The position numbers and the translations under genes are program-made. A stretch of DNA of 28,616 bases from a virus. Lineage: Duplodnaviria > Caudoviricetes. The notes beneath the pieces are model-generated. The model was not told the DNA's origin. It made no database searches and saw nothing but the letters and a program-made list of their open reading frames with translations. How positions within the stretch are numbered: the first letter of the stretch is position 1; every line of letters begins with the position of its first letter. The stretch lies in IMG/VR virus record IMGVR_UViG_3300021519_000049, positions 1 to 28,616 of that record; one strand, written 5' to 3'. This document shows, one piece after another, positions 9,153 through 16,910 of the stretch.

Positions 9153-12100
9153 TCAGTCCAGGAACTTCCCCTGCGTCGCTTCTGCTGCGACCCTGGAGTA
9201 GCGGTCAAGTGCGTTGCCCTTTGGAGTTCCCGATCCCTCTGAACCTGGGGTGCTCTTGATTTTGTCCATCGCTGCTCGAATGTGCTTGTCGGCTTCGGAG
9301 TAGTTCTCTTTGTCGATGTGCTCTCTGGCTTTATCGAGATGGGCATGTGCTTCAGACAGAGAGGAAGATTTGCCACCACCTTTGCGCGGACCAGAACCAG
9401 GCCCACCCTTCCCCAGCATTTGCTTTTGTGATACCTGACCCGCTCGCTCTGCTGCTGCATTGGCTCGATTCAAGGCGTCTTGAGCGTCTAGTTCGGACTC
9501 AGCATCTCGCGTGGTTGCTTCTTCCTTCCCAGCGTTCACCGTCATCATTTCATCGAAGTGGTCTTGTGCTGAGTTTGCGTGATCTCTCGCCAGTGACTCG
9601 TGGTAACTGGCATTTCCCAATTCCGCAGCAGCGGCATGGGACTCAGCAGCATCGGCGTGTGACAGTAGAGCGGTAAAGTGAGCGCCCGAGGTATCCATTT
9701 GATTTCCAATCTCCTGAGAGTTGGCAGTCTGTGAATCCTTATTGGCAAACTGTGAGTTTTCGGTGGCATTATTGGCGGCTTCCCTGTACTTTGAACTGGA
9801 GTCGCCACCTTGAGCGTCTAGGCTGTTAGCGGCATCTTCTCCGTGACGAATTTGTACCGCATCCAGAGCATCTTCATGGTGAGCACCTGCGCTTATTGCG
9901 GCATCATAGGTGCCCCTAGCCTCTTCAAGCCCGTCACTATTCCCCGATGAACCCGTGCCACCACCAGAAGTCCAGCGACCGTGATCATCACGTGCTTGGT
10001 CCTTAGAGAGGAATCTCGCCAGTGGGGTGATTCCATTCTTGTCAGGAACTATGAGTTCCCTGAGGCTCAGTCCCTTTGCTGCGACCCCTTGAAACTCACG
10101 GTAAGCAGTAACGGAATCACTAACCGCTTCCTTGGGTGCTACGTGCGAAATGTTCTGACCCCACTCAGTGCCATAGTAACTCCTATCGATAACCGAGGTT
10201 GACTGCCTGCCGCCACGTCCAACCTGAACAATGTCATCTCTGCCATTTGTACGGATGATTCCGTAGTCACCCATCTTTGGTGGCCGGTCAACGGCATTAT
10301 CCTTGATTGACTGAACTGCGGCAACCCGTAACGCTTCCTTGCCTTTGTCATACGTATCTTCTTGGGCCTTACGGTCAGTGAACGCCTGCTTGATATCGCT
10401 CGGCTCAACCTTCACGCCTAAGTTACTAGTCATCTTCTCGGACAGACGCTGTGCCTGCCCATCGGTTAGTGGACGATCAACGCCTCGTTCTCCCGGACTA
10501 AACTCGGCTCTAAGGTATCTTGAATCAGCCGCCGAAAGATGAGAACTGTAACCGGTTCCAGCCGTACCAGCACGCTCACTCTGCGACGCTTCTGCCCTGC
10601 CACCACCAGAAGTCCACCGTCCACGCTCATCTCTTGCCTGGTCTTTTTCAATAGTCCCCTTGGTGATTCCAAAACTTTCATCAGCCTTCGCTTCAGATGC
10701 GCTGGCCTTTTCGGATGCTGCTTGGGCTGCGGTGCTGAGTTCTGCTGCCTTTGCTTCCTGGGTTGGCGTATAGGCGGTTTCTCTCGCTGTACCTGCGGCG
10801 TCGTGCGCTCGAGCGGCAGCGAGGTGATCGTTTGCGGCAGCGTCATAAAGGCTAATGGTTTTCTCTGATCCCGGTAGTCCCATTTCCTGTATTTGCATTG
10901 ACGTGTTGTGAAGTTCATCCAACTTGTCTGAGTGGAAACCGTTTTTGTCGTAGTGGTCTTGCGCCTGTTCCTTCATACTGAAAGACCTTTCAGTCCGGCT
11001 CATTGACTCACCGCCTGAAGTCCAGCGACCGTGATAATCCCTGGCTTCTTCCTTGCCTAGAAGGGAAGCAAGAAGGGTTTTGCCTTGGTCATCCCGCTCA
11101 AGAAGTTTGCGAAGTTTGGACACTGGGTCGCTGCCCAGGGATTTGTCAGCGTTGTTGTCATCGTCAAGTGACATTTGAATACGCATGTCAGTCTTCGTCC
11201 ACTTTTTCGGATCGTATGACCAGGGTCGCTCTTTCAGGTTGGAAACTGGTCCACGCTTGGCATTTTGTGCCTTCACTCGGTCGAGGATTGCCTGCATGTT
11301 CTCGTTGACGTTCACACCCTTCGCCTTGTCAGCCTTTTTGATTTGCCCGAATGATTGTCGTGGGATTCCTGCTTCGTCTACGTAGTTGTTCATATAGTCC
11401 AATGCCTCTCTTGCTGGCATATCAATCTTGATATACGACTCTTCAACCTTGGGGTCTTCGAGTGCCTGGGTAGCGAACGCTGCCCATCGGTGGTGGCCGT
11501 CGAGGATTGCGTTGTCATTCGAGATGAGGATTCTGTCCCCATCTGGCGTGTTGTCCTGCATGTGGAAGTCCAGGTTTTGGCTACGGTAAGCGTTCAAGAT
11601 TCCAGCGGACGTGCCGAGTGACATTTCACCCTGCGTTGGATGAAGTTCCAGAGGACTGATCTCTCCTCGCTGAACTCCGATTCCCTGATCCTGGAGGTGC
11701 TGCATGAAGCCAGCCATGTTCTCGTCACCGATCTGTGGCATTTCATTGCGAGGTATTCCAAGGTTTGGCTGGTCGAAGGGAGATGAAGCACCATCAAGAT
11801 GAACGGAAGAAAGGTTCGCATCAACCGGCATGTCAATCTTTTCCTTGTAGAAGGGTGCGTTGATCTCAGAGACGTGCTTCATCACGTCGTCAACCTTCGT
11901 GGGGTCCATTGTTATTTTGCCGTCTGCCTTGAGATGAGCGACGGTCGCAAGGGAATCCTTTACCTCTGGTGCGATAGAGGGGATGTTTCGACCTGGCTTG
12001 ATGTCTGGATCTTTCGTCGCTGTTCCCCCACTACCAAATCTCCCACGATCGTCACGTGCTTGGTCAGGGCTGAACTTCATCAGTTCGTCTAGTTGCTTTG

Positions 12101-12743
12101 CCACGATTACTTCCCGTTCTGGTCTCTCGGCAGCGGACTTCATTGATAACTTAGCATCAGCAACGTAATAACCCTCGGTCCTTGTCGCAAGGGTGTCGGT
12201 TACTCCTTGGAGTTTCATAAGATCGCTGGCCACGCTGTCCTTGTGCGCCTGCTCATCTTTTGATCCAGAGGACTGCGTTCCCCTTGAGTATGAGTCGGCC
12301 ATTCTTCCATAGGCGAAGGACGAATCTTTGTATTTGTTCGCACTTTCGTACATGAGATCGGTGGCTTTCTTCGTGTCGCCTGCCGTGAAAGCCTCTTTAC
12401 CTTTTTGGTTGAGAGAGAAGGCTTCTTCGTTTTGCGTTTTGATGTGGTTCATTGCCTCTCGGTTTACGGGACCACCACCCATGCGATTTGCCAGTTCATC
12501 GTGCTCTGATGTGAGTTTCTGGTGAAGTTCTCTCGTAACGCTTGGATTCTGCTTGCTGTCAACCTTGGTATCAACCATCGTTGTTGAGGAGCCAGCACCG
12601 AACTTGCCTCCATCACCCCTGGGGTGCTTTGCTTCGTCCCACTCGCCCTTCTGCGCATCCTTCGGGGGGTATGGGCCCGCCCATTCAAGGCTCAGGTCTG
12701 GCTTGTAGTCGGCGGGAAACTGCCCTTCTCGGGTGCTGGTCAT
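9153..12743 (-). CDS. Large tagged polyprotein with a ParB/Srx-like domain and His/Ala-rich helical modules
   Basis: Five tags plus KGGPGSGP. GIPRNEMPQI...LHPTQ...ILISNDNAILDGHHRWAA is a ParB/sulfiredoxin-fold signature. Contains repeated H..AA..H helices. Confidence 0.8.
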   Translation of the reverse strand: MTSTREGQFPADYKPDLSLEWAGPYPPKDAQKGEWDEAKHPRGDGGKFGAGSSTTMVDTKVDSKQNPSVTRELHQKLTSEHDELANRMGGGPVNREAMNHIKTQNEEAFSLNQKGKEAFTAGDTKKATDLMYESANKYKDSSFAYGRMADSYSRGTQSSGSKDEQAHKDSVASDLMKLQGVTDTLATRTEGYYVADAKLSMKSAAERPEREVIVAKQLDELMKFSPDQARDDRGRFGSGGTATKDPDIKPGRNIPSIAPEVKDSLATVAHLKADGKITMDPTKVDDVMKHVSEINAPFYKEKIDMPVDANLSSVHLDGASSPFDQPNLGIPRNEMPQIGDENMAGFMQHLQDQGIGVQRGEISPLELHPTQGEMSLGTSAGILNAYRSQNLDFHMQDNTPDGDRILISNDNAILDGHHRWAAFATQALEDPKVEESYIKIDMPAREALDYMNNYVDEAGIPRQSFGQIKKADKAKGVNVNENMQAILDRVKAQNAKRGPVSNLKERPWSYDPKKWTKTDMRIQMSLDDDNNADKSLGSDPVSKLRKLLERDDQGKTLLASLLGKEEARDYHGRWTSGGESMSRTERSFSMKEQAQDHYDKNGFHSDKLDELHNTSMQIQEMGLPGSEKTISLYDAAANDHLAAARAHDAAGTARETAYTPTQEAKAAELSTAAQAASEKASASEAKADESFGITKGTIEKDQARDERGRWTSGGGRAEASQSERAGTAGTGYSSHLSAADSRYLRAEFSPGERGVDRPLTDGQAQRLSEKMTSNLGVKVEPSDIKQAFTDRKAQEDTYDKGKEALRVAAVQSIKDNAVDRPPKMGDYGIIRTNGRDDIVQVGRGGRQSTSVIDRSYYGTEWGQNISHVAPKEAVSDSVTAYREFQGVAAKGLSLRELIVPDKNGITPLARFLSKDQARDDHGRWTSGGGTGSSGNSDGLEEARGTYDAAISAGAHHEDALDAVQIRHGEDAANSLDAQGGDSSSKYREAANNATENSQFANKDSQTANSQEIGNQMDTSGAHFTALLSHADAAESHAAAAELGNASYHESLARDHANSAQDHFDEMMTVNAGKEEATTRDAESELDAQDALNRANAAAERAGQVSQKQMLGKGGPGSGPRKGGGKSSSLSEAHAHLDKAREHIDKENYSEADKHIRAAMDKIKSTPGSEGSGTPKGNALDRYSRVAAEATQGKFLD

Positions 12744-13363
12744 GCCCCCACCGCCCGAAGATAGACATGATTGTATTTCTCATCCCAAGTGTATCCGTTG
12801 TCGTCCTTAGCGCCATATTGCACACGATCGATGACAAACTGGCCAGCCACAACAGACTCTTGCTCTGAGTCATTTACATATGAGTTCCCTCTACCCGCCA
12901 GGTCAAAGGCCAGAGTTCCAGCCGGTAAATGAAGGATAGTGCCGCTGGTGCCGCCATATCCGGCTGCGTATGGATCTGCAGTAAAGACGTCAGGAGAGAA
13001 GGAACTGGGAGGGAGATTGACCACGTCTCCCTCTCTACCGACAGAATCTACCCGCAGACCTCGATACAACTCAGTCGAAGAAGGCTTCCCCTCGAACTCA
13101 ACGGCTCGGGCCATGATGTCTATATTCTCGGGGGAGACTTTACCCTCGATTGGTCCAATCTCGTTCCACTGCGCCAAGGCTGCATTTACCTGCGCCTCCG
13201 TGGGCGGGACCCTCGAACCCGCAGAGGAGCCAGCACCGAACTTGCCCCCAGCGCCACGAGGATGCTTTGATTCGTCGAACTCCTTCTCAACTGCGAGTTT
13301 TCTTGCGAGATTGCTTTGACCGGTTTCGTCCCGTTCGAGAAGTTTTTGAAGAGGGTTCGTCAT
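12740..13363 (-). CDS. Tagged single-domain ADP-ribosyltransferase (R-S-E clade)
   Basis: Tag KEFDESKHPRGAGGKFGAG; LYRG, SSFSPD...A..Y and EQESVV (ExE). Start set at ATG 13363, behind a leaderless-type promoter. Confidence 0.8.
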   Translation of the reverse strand: MTNPLQKLLERDETGQSNLARKLAVEKEFDESKHPRGAGGKFGAGSSAGSRVPPTEAQVNAALAQWNEIGPIEGKVSPENIDIMARAVEFEGKPSSTELYRGLRVDSVGREGDVVNLPPSSFSPDVFTADPYAAGYGGTSGTILHLPAGTLAFDLAGRGNSYVNDSEQESVVAGQFVIDRVQYGAKDDNGYTWDEKYNHVYLRAVGA

Positions 13364-13379
13364 GGTTTTCAAAATAGCA
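13364..13379 (-). promoter_or_regulatory. Putative extended -10 leaderless promoter
   Basis: TG-C-TATTTT, then 7 nt, then ATG 13363; no SD present. Confidence 0.5.
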
Positions 13380-13405
13380 CGAGAAGGAGAAGACGCACCT
13401 TGGCG

Positions 13406-14986
13406 TCAGACCCCCACCTGCTTGCGCACTTGCTCTAGCAGTCCGTATGTGGCCCGCAACTTCTCTAGTTCAGGAGCGATCATCTCTTGAACGATTGATT
13501 TCGCTGCTTCCTCTTCGGCTACCGGTTGGTCAAGACCTGCGGCAATGTCATCTGGATCTTCGAGAGGATACGACTCGTCTGTTTGGTCAGCATGTTGCAC
13601 CACGATTTTGTCACCGGCCTGCAACGGCATTGGTAGTCGCACGTATCCGGTTGGTGAAATGAACGCCGTGTCGCCATCTGCTTTTTGCGCTGAGTCAAGT
13701 ATTGAGTTGACCCAAGACTTCGCTGGTTCGCCACCCCATGCTGCCCAGGCAACACGCCCAGGACTCGGGTAGCCATCCTCGCCAGGGCTCCAGCCCTTTC
13801 CCTGGTCGTCAACTGAATGACGAGCAAGGAAACTTGCCATACGCTTGATGATCTCAAGAGATACCGGACGTCCTGCTGCTAGATCGCCAGCACGTCCCCG
13901 TCCAACTGCCGTGAACCCATCTCCGGCTTCTCCGTTTTTGATCCATTCAACTGCTCGTTGTGCTTCCTCTTGTACGCCCTTTGGTGGCGTGAAGGAATTT
14001 GAGTCCTTGCTGACTGGCTTGTAGTAGTCGCCACCACGACGCTTGTATTCCTGGACTACCCATCCATTGGCGACGGCTGAAGGGTAGACGTCAAACTTGC
14101 TCTTAGCCTCACGAATTACCCTGTCGTAAAGTTCCTGGTCGCTTGGTTCGCCCTTCCTGTTGCTGATTATTTTGTCCCACTTCCCCTTCTCTGCCTTCTC
14201 GCCAGGCGCTCGTCCGGCAGTGGCTCCCGTGGCGTCCATGTGGCGAAGTTGACAGAATCCTTCAGGGTTATCAATGTGCTTACCGGCGATAGCAACGCAC
14301 GCATCGAAGTCACCCTCTTCGCCCCAGTTGATTTGGCCGTCGGCTCCTTCGTTGTACCAGTCAATCAATCCCTGTGCGTCGCCTTTTTCGATCATCGATT
14401 CAAGTGACTTTGTTGCGGTTGCCGTGATCAGTCTGTCAGGAATGGCATCGATCATATCGGCTGCCTCGTACAACCTTCGTTGAAGTTCATCGGTGTGACG
14501 GGGCTTGATGTTGGAGAAAGCCGCTGGACTCTCTGCTGCGTCCCTTAGATATCTTGCGGCCTTGTCGTAGTGCTCTCTGGTGTCGGAGGCGAGGTACTTC
14601 TTGTCTGGGTTTTCACGAAGCACGTTTTCACTTGCGTACTTAAGACTTTGTCTAGCCTCGGCAATAGCATCCTTCGTTATGATCACATCCTGAACCTGTC
14701 CGTTTTGCGCTCTCTCGGGGTGGTGGTGTGAATCAACAAGCATTGACAAATGGCTTGCTCTCTCAACCGTTTTACCCAGATGGCTGAGGATATCTCCATG
14801 TGCTGAGGCCCATCGTCCCTTTGCGTCCCTGACCTGATCGTCTTTGAACTTGAGAAGCAGTCCTTCACCCAATTTGTTGAGAAGATTTAGGTTGCCTGCT
14901 CGTCCCGCTTTGTTGAGTTCTTCTGCTGGCTCGGATGGGATTTCCTTGAACTCGAAATCCCTCCATGAATTACGGTCAATGCGGGC
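13406..14986 (-). CDS. In-frame C-terminal extension of the portal gene (beyond TAG 14987-14989) carrying a tag and three small phage head-associated domains
   Basis: Same frame as the portal and open immediately after the TAG (ARIDRNSWRDFEFKEIP...). No SD before the track's TTG start at 14872. Domains: INWGEEGDFDACV..FCQLRH; LYDRV...PSAVANGW..EYKRRGG; VGRGRA..IKRMASFLARH..AWAAWGG. Confidence 0.75.
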   Translation of the reverse strand, partial: ARIDRNSWRDFEFKEIPSEPAEELNKAGRAGNLNLLNKLGEGLLLKFKDDQVRDAKGRWASAHGDILSHLGKTVERASHLSMLVDSHHHPERAQNGQVQDVIITKDAIAEARQSLKYASENVLRENPDKKYLASDTREHYDKAARYLRDAAESPAAFSNIKPRHTDELQRRLYEAADMIDAIPDRLITATATKSLESMIEKGDAQGLIDWYNEGADGQINWGEEGDFDACVAIAGKHIDNPEGFCQLRHMDATGATAGRAPGEKAEKGKWDKIISNRKGEPSDQELYDRVIREAKSKFDVYPSAVANGWVVQEYKRRGGDYYKPVSKDSNSFTPPKGVQEEAQRAVEWIKNGEAGDGFTAVGRGRAGDLAAGRPVSLEIIKRMASFLARHSVDDQGKGWSPGEDGYPSPGRVAWAAWGGEPAKSWVNSILDSAQKADGDTAFISPTGYVRLPMPLQAGDKIVVQHADQTDESYPLEDPDDIAAGLDQPVAEEEAAKSIVQEMIAPELEKLRATYGLLEQVRKQVGV

Positions 14987-16894
14987 CTAGGCGAACTTTC
15001 CGAACGCTGCGAGTTCTTTCTCGGCTGCGATGTCTGGTTGCTTTGGGTCGTCTTTGGGTTTGACGCTTGTTTTTGTGCCTGAAGTCTTAGTATTTCGATC
15101 ACCCTCGGCGCTAGCACTTCCGCTAGCAGATCCAGATCCAGCAGGTTCATTAGAGTCTCCCTTGCCTCCAGTATTTCCTCCGCTCTTGACTGGCTTGTTG
15201 GGTTCATCGGTTACTCCTGCGTTCGGTCCCTGTGGCGCTACTGGCGTCGGTTGTCCGGCACCTGCAACTTGTTGTTGCTGTTGAGCAAATGTACCAGCAA
15301 GAAAGACAACTCCCGCACCTGCGGTAACACCCAACTGGTCTGCCTCTTGTTCCTCCATGAGAGGGATTCCACGCTCGGCTCGGATTTCGTTCCTCGTTCG
15401 GATGCCTGCGCTCACGTCAATCTGGTCAGCCTGCGCCCTGGTGATGTCGTCTTGTTCGTTTCCTCCACCAGTTGCTGTCATCGTCAACTCGGGTCCAACG
15501 CCAAGGAATCTACGTGCGAGGTCGTTGATGCAGTCGATGAGGAAGTTCTTCAGTGCGTCAGTTGCGTAGGCTTCGTACTGGTCGGACTGTCCTTTTTCGT
15601 GACCGCCACCAAGAGAGGACTTCGGGCCGATGCCCAGCATGTTTTGAGGGATTCCAAACTTTGCGCCGATTTGTTGAACCAGCCATTGGTCGTAGGTATT
15701 CTTGTAAGCCTCGTCAACGCTTCGTAGTTGATCTGCCTTCATTCCTGGACGAAGGAGCATGAAGTTCTGTCGTCGCTGGGTTTGTCCAGCGAACTGATCG
15801 TTGTAGGTGCGCTCGTAGTAAGCCAACTGCTCCGGCGTCCATGATTCTGTACCGTCTGTCGTGACAACCATCTTGGGCGTTACGCCATTGGAGTATTCAG
15901 CGTGAAGCCATGCTTGTCGTTCCATGTAGATCGTGGCGATGTTGATGCACTCTTCGACCTGTGAGTATCCATAGATTGAGGATGGGCGTGGGCGTCGAAT
16001 GTAGTACGCCAATTGATCTTCGGTGTACGCATCTGGGACAGTGCCGTCTTCCGCAACATTCTCTGCTTGGAACTCTCCACGTGGGAAGCCATAAAGGATT
16101 TGCTGATACGCAGGACTTGGTGGGCGAGGAATGAATCCTTGGTTGTCCAAAAGAATCTTGATCGTGCTGGTGTCAATGGTGGAGAGACTCATCAGTTCGC
16201 CCTTGAGGTTGTACTCCGGAGATACTGCGATGCCGTCGTAGACCAGGTGAGAGTAGATGATGTCAGTCAACCATTGGCTGAACGTGAAGCCCATTCGCTT
16301 GTCTGGATACTCGAAGAACTCTTGAACCCTCTGAAGTTCGTCTCCATACTTCTCTCGTGCGAGCGCTGCGGCTTTGGCGCTATTGGTGACGTTCTCTTCA
16401 ACCATGATTTGCTGAATGATTTGAGGACTGAAGCCCCATGACCACTCAAGACCAACGATCGCATCCTGTACAATTTGGATACAGCGTTGTACGATGTCAA
16501 CGTCTTCTGCCAGTCCCTTCAGTACAGACCAAGGAACCCTTCTGTCAATGAGGTTGATGTTGGCTGCGATGAGGTACTGCGTGCGTCGTGCGAGTGTTCG
16601 GCCACTTGGAGTAAGTGGATCAATCGCATCCGGGAATAGTGGATTTGCTGGGCCGAATCCTGAGTCAAAGATTCCCTCTGGTCTTGGCAGTGGCTGGAAG
16701 CCTGCGCCTGGTCCGACCTGGTTGAAGGGGGAAGATGGATTCACCTGTGGAACCGCATACGTTGCGCCAGATGACATCTGTGAAGCCATTGCTACCGCAG
16801 GACTCATGGCCTTTTCGATTCCCGCTTCGATAGCGGCATTCATATCGGCTTGTCGGCGGTCTCGTCGCTTGCCCAGAATCGGTATTGCCATCAT
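14987..16894 (-). CDS. Portal protein (HK97-like), ending at an in-frame TAG
   Basis: Directly follows the terminase; motifs IDTSTIK, YGYSQVE, IGAKFGIP and GIRTRNEIRAERG; SD AAGAGG. Confidence 0.9.
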   Translation of the reverse strand: MMAIPILGKRRDRRQADMNAAIEAGIEKAMSPAVAMASQMSSGATYAVPQVNPSSPFNQVGPGAGFQPLPRPEGIFDSGFGPANPLFPDAIDPLTPSGRTLARRTQYLIAANINLIDRRVPWSVLKGLAEDVDIVQRCIQIVQDAIVGLEWSWGFSPQIIQQIMVEENVTNSAKAAALAREKYGDELQRVQEFFEYPDKRMGFTFSQWLTDIIYSHLVYDGIAVSPEYNLKGELMSLSTIDTSTIKILLDNQGFIPRPPSPAYQQILYGFPRGEFQAENVAEDGTVPDAYTEDQLAYYIRRPRPSSIYGYSQVEECINIATIYMERQAWLHAEYSNGVTPKMVVTTDGTESWTPEQLAYYERTYNDQFAGQTQRRQNFMLLRPGMKADQLRSVDEAYKNTYDQWLVQQIGAKFGIPQNMLGIGPKSSLGGGHEKGQSDQYEAYATDALKNFLIDCINDLARRFLGVGPELTMTATGGGNEQDDITRAQADQIDVSAGIRTRNEIRAERGIPLMEEQEADQLGVTAGAGVVFLAGTFAQQQQQVAGAGQPTPVAPQGPNAGVTDEPNKPVKSGGNTGGKGDSNEPAGSGSASGSASAEGDRNTKTSGTKTSVKPKDDPKQPDIAAEKELAAFGKFA

Positions 16895-16910
16895 CTACCT
16901 CTTGTCTTAG

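Noticed and set aside
3158-13246. CRISPR array or DGR template/variable repeats
   Set aside because: The repeats are coding, irregularly spaced hundreds to thousands of bases apart, and show no clear adenine-specific variation; no cas or reverse transcriptase gene is present.
14887-15207. Track ORF of 106 aa overlapping the portal end
   Set aside because: It is an alternative frame with low-complexity composition; the portal frame itself continues through this region.
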